A DNA stretch of 64,000 nt from Phoronis australis (Eukaryota > Animalia > Phoronida), in NCBI GenBank assembly GCA_002633005.1, contig NMRA01000015.1:1717766-1781765 (forward strand). Direction: 5' to 3'. The notes under the pieces are model-generated. The model made no database searches. It was not told the origin of the DNA and worked only from the letters and a program-made list of their open reading frames with translations. Positions 26,701-38,300 of this stretch are shown in pieces; the stretch's first letter is position 1, and every line of letters begins with the position of its first letter. Made by a program: the position numbers and the translations under genes.

Positions 26701-26755
26701 TCTTTTAGACCCCAAAGGTATTTTAAATCCATATAAAGTGTTTCCTGGTAGTTGA
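17794..26755 (+). CDS. D2HGDH: D-2-hydroxyglutarate dehydrogenase-like tandem paralog, copy 2 (7 coding exons, ~518 aa)
   Basis: Exons 17794-18079, 21318-21515, 22042-22235, 23072-23240, 24807-25093, 25769-25940, 26505-26755 (1557 nt). Internal exon sizes equal copy 1; no stops or frameshifts; AATAAA at 26801. Confidence 0.92.
18554..18689. mobile_element. MITE family D, copy 2
   Basis: caggggcgaatacagga ... cccctaaatccgccactg. Confidence 0.65.
19870..20305 (+). repeat. Diverged tandem repeat, 3 units of ~155-180 bp
   Basis: tctttcca.gaatcgtcat.aaaaa.tgc ... ttgttgttc.caatgc.g.g.aaagaat.gttatc recurs at ~19887, 20041 and 20221. Confidence 0.75.
21084..21237. mobile_element. MITE family D, copy 3
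   Basis: ctggggcggattcaggattttgagttggggg ... ctaaatccgccactg; shares tgggagaattt with copy 2. Confidence 0.65.
24059..24442. mobile_element. PIF/Harbinger-type MITE with CTG target-site duplication
   Basis: TIRs ggcccggtctccaatctttttactcgaaa / tttcgagtacaaagattagagaccggacc; CTG at 24056-24058 and 24443-24445; long imperfect subterminal inverted repeats. Confidence 0.8.
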
Positions 26756-27197
26756 TGTTAAGTGCAATGTTTAAATCAAAATTTACTTACTGATTCTGCT
26801 AATAAAAGTAACAAATTCTAGAATTGTGAGTTGTGTATCTTGTTCACAGTAACTGTCACATTAGCCCAGGTATAAATCTTACCCAAGATAAGAGTACACC
26901 CTAAATATTGCATTTTCTTGTAAATAGCTTAGGCACACATTTTTCACTTGTAGTCCACATCAAATCGGACTAACCTCTGTGGTTGATGCCTCGTAATTAA
27001 GAGGGTCATGGCAATGAAGGTGCCTTGGAATACAGACACCAACATCTTGCATTAATTGTAAGCATGTCAGGCAGAAAATGATCGACATTCTTGGACATTG
27101 GTTAGTACACCTCCTTTTCCTGCACTTAATGGACTTTTGTAGACATTTGTAGAAGTTTATGACTGGGGTTATACACAGTGGGGCTGTCTATGGGGAA

Positions 27198-27781
27198 TGC
27201 TCGCTGGTTCCCTACATGCCAAGCCAGCACGCAGATATCGCGCAATGGCACAAACTTTAGCATTGGTTGATGAAACCTCAGCAGTCATTGGTTAGCTTTA
27301 CAACACCATGAAAAAATGGCGGACTGTGAACGATTTTTAGCCTGGTCATGCAAGAGGCGTCACAGCAACTATTTCGTTTCTGCAGTGCAGTTTAATAGCC
27401 GCTTGCTTGAAGCACATACGTGTACAATAAACACATATCTGGCCGATTTAACCAGTGTGTTATTCATACAGTATGAATACAGGAAAGTATTGTAAACAAA
27501 AGTCATCGACAGTAGAAAGATGCACTCCGAAAAGGCGCAATCACAATTTCTAGGATTCACATTTCCTGAACATAAATTTTTAGCACGGATTTGTCTGTAC
27601 AACAGACCACATTTACACTTCAGTCCATCAGTCATGCCAGTTTTTTTGCGTAAAGCGCTGCCTGTTGAGAATTTGACTAGCCAATCAGAAACGCCGGTGT
27701 AAAAAAAATTTCCCAAGGAAAATTAAAAGATACCTGTATGCTGGCTACTGACCACCTATCGGCACGCAGGGAACCAGTGAG
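27198..27781. mobile_element. Old inverted-repeat (MITE-like) element
   Basis: ctcgctggttccctacatgcc and agccagcacgcagatatc mirrored by gatacctgtatgctggct and ggcacgcagggaaccagtgag. Confidence 0.5.
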
Positions 27782-30226
27782 TGGGGAAAGGTGCCAGTAC
27801 ATTCTATGGGGTTGTACACAAATGGGACTGTCTATGGGGGGGAGGGGAAGATGCCTGTACATGGGGTTGTACCGGCACATTGCATGATTCAACCATAAGC
27901 ACACATCTGTAATTACACAATTCCCACATAGCAAGCCCATGGGAGTATACAACAACAAATAGGGAAAATGAAATAAAAATGGGAAATTATTTTTGAACAT
28001 TTTATTATCTAAAACACTATACGCTATAACAGAAGTGCAATGAATCTCAATAGCTCCACTGTGAATAACATTTTTTTTAACTATAAAAATAATTTTAATC
28101 TAAGGCTTCATTCATCACTCTGCCAATGCTTGTCACTGTTAAAACATGTCTCAATAATAAAATGCCCAAAGTTAAAAAGATTTAGATTGCTAGCCGTATC
28201 AAGTTCAAAATAAATATTGTTTTAAGAGGGAATGAAAAATCTTTAGAAAACCTGTGTATTTCCAAACTCAGTCAACAGTGACGGTTTAAATTGAAGACAA
28301 TGATCACAATAAATTGAGCGTCCACCAGACAACAATTCAAATACTAAAAAGTAAGGCATCAACAATACTAAAATTTACCTTAAATAAAACATAATGTAAC
28401 AGCTGAACAATAGTTACTCTGCTTGTTTTTTTTCCTACAAATCTGATTTATAATTTTTGGAGGTTTTGAATCGTGAATTTCCTTGAATTGCAACTGATCA
28501 CATTACACTATTTTCTACGGTCAAAACAAGAGAGCAATTTTAACAAAACCACACAACAGTACAAAAATCACGAAAGCACCGTCAGACATTACGCATACAA
28601 CATGCGGTCACAGTCACAATTTCTCTATCATTTTATAGCCTAATCTACCGTGACCTGACCATAGCTTATCACATACATATTGTATTCAGCTCATGCACAA
28701 AACTAGTCAATGTTAACAACAGAACAATTCCAACTACATAACAGACAAGAAACAATGCCAACTAAGGCCAACAGAATCACCGATCATGTGATTTAATCAA
28801 AAGTTAGCCTAACCTGCACATTTAGCTCTGGGGCTCATTCAACAATGCCAGTCATTTGTGAGTGAAAGCTTGTAAGATTATGCCTTGCTTGAAATGTATG
28901 GCGATAATGCGCGCTTCTGTCGTCTCATAAAGCAATACACTAACCATATTGAAGGGATCCTGAACTAGTTTAAACAAAAGCAACACGGTGTTGATATGCG
29001 CCCAGCGTGTGTATCTCAAACGGCAAAGTTATAAGGGGTGCTTGTTTTTCTCAAAAACATTGACTGAACAACATTAGTGAAATTGGAATTGAGTCCACAG
29101 GAGGCAGTGCTAGTCATCCAAAAATTAGCGAATGCAATCCTGGTAGATATTGAGTTTATGACAAAGAAAACTAAGATTATCACTCATAGTCATGGCAGCA
29201 GCCAGATCTATCCAATAATCGATGGGAATAATTGCTCACCTTCATCGAAACTCATTTGCTATCATAATTCTTTTAAGGGGTTCGACAAATGGACAGTAAA
29301 CTAACTAATAAAACTGCCACTAGAGGAATGACAGTGATCAAAACTTAAAAAAATGTCAGCCACAATTCCATGCAACAGAAACACATTCAACAAAAATCGT
29401 TTTAATTCGTCAAACCATTTGGTCGATAGAAAGATGGATGCCAAAAACAGGCACTAAAATGGTGATATTAGCATTAGGGGGCGCAGACCATGCCAGTGCA
29501 AATGCTGTCTTGTTTAAAGAAACACATCTGTCAAATATGAAATTCAACCAAGGAACTCTTGGTATTTACAGGGGGCAGGCCTAAAAAGTAGTCACCACAA
29601 GGGGTGCACCAGTAGACAGATCTGCCCGATAGCCAACATAAGCCACGCTTTCCTTAACACACCTACAAAATTCCATGTCACAAGGGGGCATAGCAGTATT
29701 CCGATCGGTATGTCAGCCACAATGTCGTCAATAAGTCCTTAACTTCCTTGATTATGATTCTAAACCGTTTGGCAGATAGAGAGAAGAATGCAAAAAATAC
29801 AGACATCAAAATAATGAAATTGCCAACATGATGAAACTGTCCGAAAATTGTTAATGACATCTTATATATCAAGGGACTTGGGACTTTGGAGGTACAAAAG
29901 CAAACCAAAAAATAAAATAAAATTGCTACAGCAGTTGCTGAATTAGTCTGAAAGTTACCTTATCTATTGTCATGTTCATAGGACCACACCTGCATGAGGT
30001 TTAGAAGATGCAGCAGCAAACGGACACCCAGAGATGATGGCAATATGCACCCACACATCCATATGTGGGCGCATACACACATAAAAATGATTTGATAAAT
30101 AAGGCAACATAAAAGGCTTACAAATTCAAATTTTTGTTTGGCAAAAAGCTATGACAGATCAATCATGCATCTCCGCACTGCACACTTTCACCAGTCTCAA
30201 AATTGTGCGTACTTCGGTAGAGTGGC

Positions 30227-33200
30227 TCATTTCTTCTTGCGTTCAGTTATACATTTTGGACAGAACCACTTCCCTTTGGGCTTTGTTGTAAGACCAACAC
30301 AAGGAAAGTGAAACCACTCTATAGGGCACTGAAAATAGAAGAAATAAAGACATTATGGTATACTATCCATCAATAATTGTTGAATACATTTACAGTTATT
30401 AGGATCTTGTGTCTTGAATCCTGGTCACATCGAAATTAGTTATTCTAATCAATAAAGTACTGTTTATTGGACATGTAAAATTTTCGAAAAAAGTGTTCTT
30501 TCTCAACAAACACTGCAGAATAGTGTGTAAACATAGAGACCAAATTTGACAAGTTGAAAGTGCTTTACAGATGTGCACTCTCAGTTGGAATGGGAGGAAG
30601 TTGATATTGACCCCAAACTCCACACAAACAATGTGCAAAACGTCATTCGATTGTGTCAAAAAATTTTGAAAACAATCTGACACAAGAAACCAAAATGAAG
30701 AGAAAATAAAACAGCTACAGTTATCCAGAAATTGAAAAAACATATACTCTAACCCATTATCACAGAGCCCTCACTCACCTGAGGGGAAAGGTGCTTGCAC
30801 CTTTTAAAAGGGGAACTTTCGTAGCCCTTTATCTAAGAGGGAAATTTTTTGACCTGATGGGAAAAACTTGAATGTTTTTGAGAGGAGAATGTGGCCAATA
30901 TTCGACCCAATATTGAGGGACAAAGAACCCTGTACCTACAGGTGGGCCCTCAACAAAAAACTCCACCTCTAAGAAGACACAGGTGAACAAGGGCCTTGGG
31001 AAGTGATCAACATCAGGAAAATATATTACTGACAGATTTAAACAGTACAAGAAACTGTCTTCATTTTTGTTGAGAATTTCACTAAATAAAAACTCACTAG
31101 TCCGTCATAATGTGTAAAAAGTCGAATTTCAAATTATTTTGGTAAAACCTCTCAGTGCAGTTGAAGATCACTTAACTTGGTGTTTTACACTTAATATGTA
31201 AGGCCCCTGTGAATTGAAAGTGATGTACAAGTAACTTACATCCATATTATCACAGCCAATCATTTCACCATATGACACCTGGTGGCAGAGACAGTATGTA
31301 GGTTCATTAGGGTCAACTGGCATATCCAGCACATCAGAGGGGTGAGTGATGGACAACGGAATAGCTGGTATGGTGTCTGTAACTGGGATCTCGGGTCTGA
31401 AAAATGACGATGATGTGATACATGACAAATGCAGCAATAGGTATCAAGTAAATTCTCAGCACATTGCTGAATTACAGACATTTGAGGATGGAAAACATGG
31501 TGACCACAGCAGCACAAAGTGGCAGATCCAGAACATCACAAAAAGGGGACTTGACTTCAACACCATAACGCTGAAGATTTTGTGACAGCCCAAACAACGG
31601 TGTGCTACTGTTTTTTCTTTTAAATTTTTAGCATAGCCGGATGGTGAGCTAATGCTAAATGTCTATGGCACAAGCTATTTACCAGTTACAACTCGACTGA
31701 TGGAGAAAGTGAGCATTTCCACGTTGACTGATGGAGAATGTGAACAGTTACTTACTCTGGCGGTGCTCCTTTCTTGTTCTTTTTCTTTCGAGGTATTTCA
31801 TCTTCAAACTCATCTTTCTGACTTTTCCTCTTTTTCTTTTCTGATTTGTCTAATCTTCCTTCTGTTGGAACACATTAAATTTTGAAATTATTCTCACAGC
31901 TCATGATTAAAACGCTGTCACGCCACCTGTTGTTAAGTATCAGGGACCTCAATACCTTGATTTAGCAGGGGCCGAATATCGACGCCATACCGCAAAAAAT
32001 AATATTTAAAAATTAAACAAATTTTCTCTCCTCAAGAAGCAGTCAAATGCTGTGTTGGCAAATTTAAATCCCACCCAATATATGGCTAAGTATTTATTTG
32101 GTATTCAAAATGACCATCACTTCAGCAAATGCCTCGCAGACAATGACAAGAATTGGCGATTTATAATAAAATCACAAAAAAATATTATGGACTTTATTCT
32201 TTACTAGTTTGGTCAAAGCTACTAGCATAAGAATATCAAAAATTACTTTTTGGTTGTAAAAATGATATCCCTTTAAAACACTTTTCAACTTTAAAACTAA
32301 AAAATATCACTTAGGTTTTTGAATTTACCGTTTCTACACTAGTGATAGATTATAACTTACTCTTTCCAACTTCAGGGGAGGTCCCTGACTTAGCATTCAT
32401 TGTTTTTTCCTTGAGTTCAGCTTCAAACCTTGCAAGGTCAGCATCAAGTTTACGGATATGTTTGTCCACCTGTAATGAAGATCACATGCGCGTAACATTA
32501 TGCACAGAAATGATGCTCTGCAGTGAATGTAATCCATGGAGATAATTTTCAGGTCAAAAACACTAGTTACACACTGGAACATCTCACAGGTAACATTACA
32601 TTATGCTGACATCCAACACACACACACAAGAATTTAAGCCATCGCATATAAAAACTGACTCTAGAAGTTACCCCAATACCAAACATAGACCCAGCAAAAG
32701 TAACATTCCGTATTCAACTCATGCCAGTGACGAGCAAGCAAACGAGTAGATAACCTTAAATGCTGATATCCAACACATACTAATACCCTCTCGAAGATAG
32801 CTCCATGTTATGCTAACTCAAGACACACCCTCCTGCTTCTATCTCTAAACTACGCCAAAATCTACCATACACACGACGAGATACCATCTCATACCCAAAA
32901 CAACTAAGAGCGTTTGCCATACTGCAGATAACTCTAACCACATTATGTTAAAATACCACTCGACAAACAAGTTTAGATATATATCATCTAATAGTCAAAA
33001 TAAGAGAATTTATTACTCATAAAAGGTACTTCTTCAGTAAATGAGATCCAATGCACACAACATTAAATACCATCTCCTAACCATCACAAGAGCATTTACC
33101 ATTTGGAAGCCTGCACGACATTAAATGATATCCAGTGAGCACAAAAATATACACTATATACCATCTCTTACCCACGATAAGAATATTTACCATTATGCAA

Positions 33201-35125
33201 GTAACTACAGGATACGATGTGTAATGTAAAAACCAGAGTATATTATTCCATCTTCTACCAACAAAAGTACTTACCAATCCAGGGCCCTTGTTCACTTAAG
33301 GGAAAATGGGCCTGTGCCTTCAACAAGAATTTGTTGGTTCACGGAAAAATACACCCCTGATTACTAACATAGCATCCCATCAGCAATCCCTCACATAACG
33401 GAAACTAACGGTATACAGGTGTGATTCTAAACTTCACCTCATGGAGAATTTTTAGGCCTGATCAGGGGAATTTCGTGTGATTTTTAAGTATTTCTCATAA
33501 AGAATAGAATGGTTATTTGACCCCAAAATTGAGGAATCGAATACCCTATAATCCTCTTCGTTAAAATGACACACAGACAAGAGTATTTACCATCTCATAA
33601 GTCTGCATGGCCAGCTGCACCTTGTCATCACCAAACTCTCGACTTTTTCCATACAGTTTGTACACACCTTCCAGGTGCTTTCTACGCTTCTCTGAAGACA
33701 TTGTCCTCACTCCATCCAGGTATTGGTCAGCTAACACATCTATTTCTTTCATCACATCTACAAATACACAACAACATCCTTTATCCTCCAAGAGATTGCA
33801 GAATATTGGTCAAAAATACGTGAAATATCAAATACGTTGTTTGTTTGAATATTTTGTTCATGAAAATGAGTCTAGACCAATTTCGTCCATTATGAGTATT
33901 GAATTGTGTTCATGCAGTTCGCTGTTGCTATACTGAAACATTGAAATAAAAGAATTGTTCCTTAAGAGAATAATCAATTTAAATGACGGTGATTTCAAAA
34001 TCTTTGCATTCAGTATTTAAGCATGCTCTCCATAATTTGCAAAATGTTCCTAAAACAATGATTGATGGTCCATATACCATGATGTGCACTATACCGAAAA
34101 CAAAGCAGATAACAAAATTGTGTCCACTGAAAATTCAAGTAAGATTTGTAAACTCAGTGAAGCAAATGGTCCTATTCTCACTCAATATTTTTAACAAGTT
34201 ACCACCTTGTGTCGTATTTCTGTTTAACAAACCTTGGGACCTTTGGTCAAGATCTCGCATCAAAGAAAAATTCCTCTGTAATTCACTTGGCAGACTTTCT
34301 AAACCTGAAAAATTCAAGCATGCAGTAGTTCAAGCAAACAATTTTGAACCCAGATGCAAGCATAACTCAGACCTTCCTGCAAATTTTGGCTTCACTTAAA
34401 AGTCCGGATTAGACTTGCCAAGAACACTATCTCTGAGTTTCTTACTTGACAATTTTTTGGGGGAAGATTAATATTGACATTGACAGGCATTGCTAGTGAT
34501 CAAGCTGAGAAAAGCTGATGAAAATATCAACAAACCAAAGAAAAAGTTCAAATCACATTGACTGATTCACCACACACCACGTAGAATGTAATTTTATTGT
34601 ATCAGTAAACAATACCCTATTGATATACAGCAAACAATACGCTATTGATACTCCAGCCACTAAGTCCGTCACCACCAGGCGTCACGCTCGGGGCCATCAT
34701 CTATCAAAGCATTGACACTTGACCGCGACGGCATTTTGGCGCAAAATTTAACTTGCAATCAGGGGCGTAGAAACCCCGGTCACAGTATATATATGGAGAA
34801 AGCATAAACTGCCAACAAAACTTAAGTCAAAGGGTTTAGTTTATTCAAACACCATTTGATACTGGTAACTTGAGTTGAGGATATTGGCATTAAAGTGAAA
34901 TTTGCGCCTTTTCGTCTTTTTTTCTCGGATATTTGAAAATTCTTCGACATCATCAGGACGAAAAAAGGCTATAATCAAAAGATCGGGCGACAAAAATACA
35001 CGAAATAAGTTTTCAATTTGTTAGTGGTTCAAACGATGTTGGGAATGGAGGGTTAAACTAGTGAGACTACGGACAAAAATGAACTTACTGTCAAGATAAT
35101 GCTCCAAATACATCGCAGCCGCCAT
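30227..35125 (-). CDS. ING5: Inhibitor of growth protein, ING4/ING5 co-ortholog (7 exons, ~249 aa)
   Basis: Exons 35125-35089, 34304-34233, 33757-33591, 32469-32361, 31861-31756, 31396-31240, 30328-30227 (750 nt). [13 protein letters not shown] start, [31 protein letters not shown], basic NLS, PHD finger [45 protein letters not shown]4 versus ING5 is not resolvable by eye. Candidate minus-strand AATAAA at 28006-28001. Confidence 0.93.
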
Positions 35126-35364
35126 TTTATCGGTGTCACGTGATGTAAATATATAGGTCAACAAACGTCACTTCCTTGTTATGGTTTTGGAAGGTGACAT
35201 GTTGACGTTGCTGCGTTGCGTCATCTCTTCCAAAACCCTTCGTTTCTGCTCAGTGATGTAATTGTAACGTTTTACACATATTTCGTCAGACAGCAAACAT
35301 ATTGCAGAAAGTCTCTTCACGGAAGATTGCCCCGCTGTGGGCAGTTGCCTCGCGGGAAAGCGCG
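35126..35364. promoter_or_regulatory. Bidirectional promoter region between ING and PINK1
   Basis: 239 bp between divergent ATGs; CpG-rich; GTCACGTGAT 35135-35144, ACTTCC 35170-35175, YY1-like AAAATGGCGGC over the ING start, CTCGCGGGAAA ~35349. Confidence 0.8.
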
Positions 35365-38300
35365 ATGACGTTCCGTGAAATGTTGGTTCGGATTGTGCAA
35401 AATGGACGTCTGGTGGTTCACAATGCTAAACTCAAAACGAAGAAAGTTTTCTCCGGTCATAAGACATCTGAGAATGTAAAATTAGAATCCGAAACTTCTC
35501 GACATGATGAAGTTCGAAGTTCGTCTATCGGGAGACAAGTTGAATCTCGATTTTTCGATCGTCTTGTGTATCGTGGTCGCCAGTCTAACAGCAATGTTAA
35601 ACTAATTGAGCGATTGTCCAAATTGAGACGGGTTAACGCACTGAGTTTTAATCCCGGCGTGGTTCGAAACACTACACTTCTTGGTCTCTTAGGTGTCAGT
35701 TTCGGGGCTCAGCAGTGTGGTGCGATGGAGAGGGATTCATTGGATTCAGTGTGTCTAGATATCCAGGTTTGTTATCTACATCACCATTCCATGTTCCAAA
35801 ATCATTCTGAAACATCAATGCCAAAAAATGGCTTTACTGAGAACTAATTATGTTTTTGTTTTGCATTTCAGGATTGCCAAAGTGTCTTTTGAAAAGTCAG
35901 GAAAAATTAGAAGTAGTCTTAATGCCAAGAACAAGCTTTTCTTTTGTCCAAATTGAACACAATTTCCTGCAGAAAACGCAGCTGTTGATTGTTATCCACT
36001 TAGTACTTCAGCCTTGCGTTTGATGGTAAAACTAAAAAAATCAATAGCTGTAATCAACTGGCACTTTTTCTTACTCATACCTCTATGTATTGCAAACATG
36101 CTAGAACTTTTGTAATTAGAAGTTGATCAATTTATTTCTAGTAATACCGTTTTCTGGTTCCCATATTTTAGAGTGTTTTTGTTAACATTTTTGGAACACC
36201 CTGTATGACTGGAAATAATGTTGTAAAGTTAAACAGGCTTTGTGTCATCATCATTTACTTAACACCTGTGAGCTCTTGTAACTCCATATTTTGCTATTGT
36301 TTTGCTGGTCTTTTAGGGGCTTCAAGTTAAAACAAAGAGGACGTCTTGGTGTGGTGTGTTTGTGGTTATCTGTATTGTGATTATCAGTTCAACAAGACTT
36401 TTGATTACGATGCAAATATTATCTATTTTTCAGGACCTGTTTGGCCAGGAACACAGAGAACCACTGGTTGACAACAAGGCATACACTTTAAAGGACATTT
36501 CATTTGGAAATCTCATTGCTAAAGGTTGCCATGCAGCAGTGTATGAAGCAAAGCTGAAGAGGACCACTGACTATGGTATGGGGGAGTGCTTTCTCTCTAC
36601 CCAAAAGGCCGTTATTTAATCAGATTAACCTATCATACAAAAAGATGTAGCAAACTTTTCTACACTATTATAGAAAATGATTGTCATCCATGAATAGTTC
36701 ATTCAGTGCATCGGCAAGTAAAAAGCATGAAAAAAGTTATAGGCCAACCTTAGAAAAAATGGAAGTAATTATTATCATAACTTGTAAAATTGAGACCTGA
36801 TAGCTATTTCAGTGTTAAATTTGATTGGCCTATTTCATATCCGTTAGATCTGATTGGCCTATTTCATGCTTTTCACGTTCAATCCACTAGAACAAAAGAA
36901 ATGCCACTTACTTAGTTCTTCGTTGGAAATGACATGTTTAGTTCTGGACATTTTTAAAAGACCCTTAATGACGAGCTGGAAAGGGTGTTTGTCTGATTAC
37001 TTTTGGCATGTACTGTAGCTAGGACCTATTTAAATAAGCTTTTTGTCACCAGACAATAAGACATTGATCGAGCTTTTATTGTCAGGACAGATGTAGTGTT
37101 CTACTGCCAGTGATTGCATTCTTGAGATTTTTTGAGTTTTGAAGCCAGTGTCCTTGAATTACCACTGAAATGCGTTTGGAATGTTTAATTGTCTTAACTA
37201 GCCATCGCTTTTGAATATTTCCTTTTTGTTCTTTGGATGCCTCTGTTATTTGTACTGATGTGTTATTTCAGAAGTTAACGGCGGCCATGTTGGACTAAAC
37301 CTAATCTCCATCATTGGCTCTAACAGCTTATCCACCATCACAGAGGAACCTTTAGAATTTGTGGACAACCACTTTTCAACTGAAACAAGTTCTGGGTCTG
37401 ATGAAAGTTTTGAACTTCTGCCTGAATCTGATTCATTTCACCAAAATTCGAGTAAGTTTTCTTCTACAGCTTTCCAAATCAAAAAATGTAATTTTCATCA
37501 TTGCATTTTGGGCTTGGAGGCGTAATTAATACTGCATAGTGGTTCAGAATTATGGACAGTTGTAAATCATGGGTCTCCACACACAATGGGCATTTTTAAA
37601 ATAATTGACGTACAAGGTCTGTGAAGACAGATCTTTGGGAACCCTGGTCTCAGTTATACAACTGTCCCAATTGGACTGTGTAACTAAATACAGCTTAACA
37701 TTTAGGGTTCATGATCCTGACTGAGGAGGTACTTTTTGTTACCCCTTGTAGATACTGGATAGCTGAGCCAGAACAATGTTCCAAGTAACTCTAAATGTAA
37801 GTTGTAGCTGCTACTTTCTTTTCATGACTTCTCAATTGTATTTATAGGCGTGGATGCTTGTGACTTGGATCAAAGCTTTGATTTGGCAGTGAAAGTCATG
37901 TTCAACTATGACACAGAGTCTAATGCCCATGCCATACTCCAAGCAATGCAAAGAGAAATAGTGCCAGCAAGGCATGCAGATACCTTCTCAGACATGGATA
38001 CTTGGGAGAACGGGTGAGTGTATAACCCATTGGGAAGTCGTTGCCAGTGAACTCCCATGAGAGGCCTGTCACACATTCGGTGTAGATAGTGAGGTGTTTA
38101 GAGGTATTGATATGTGACGTTCATAAACAATGCAGCTGAATTCACCATGGCTTGCAATCTGAAATATTGATGTTGGGAGATAATGCCAGATTCACTTCAA
38201 GCATAAAAATCAATTACAAGCGAAAAAATTCTTATAGTGACGAGTTCAGTGTATCTCACTATTCAAGTAGGTTGTAATCTTGTTTTGGTATTCTTCTGCA

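Noticed and set aside
10382-26755. D2HGDH pair as an uncollapsed haplotype artefact
   Set aside because: Introns are unalignable with different insertions, and exons 1, 6 and 7 are far too diverged for alleles.
27369-30743. Short 60-115 aa ORFs in intergenic, UTR and intronic sequence here and elsewhere
   Set aside because: No recognisable motifs or splice support, many have non-ATG starts, and several elsewhere are just antisense to real exons.
35302-35364. N-terminal extension of PINK1 in the ORF track
   Set aside because: Starts at TTG; the first in-frame ATG is 35365.
37752-37784. Possible 33-nt PINK1 micro-exon (tag|...|gtaact)
   Set aside because: Contains an in-frame TAG, and the flanking exons already join in phase.
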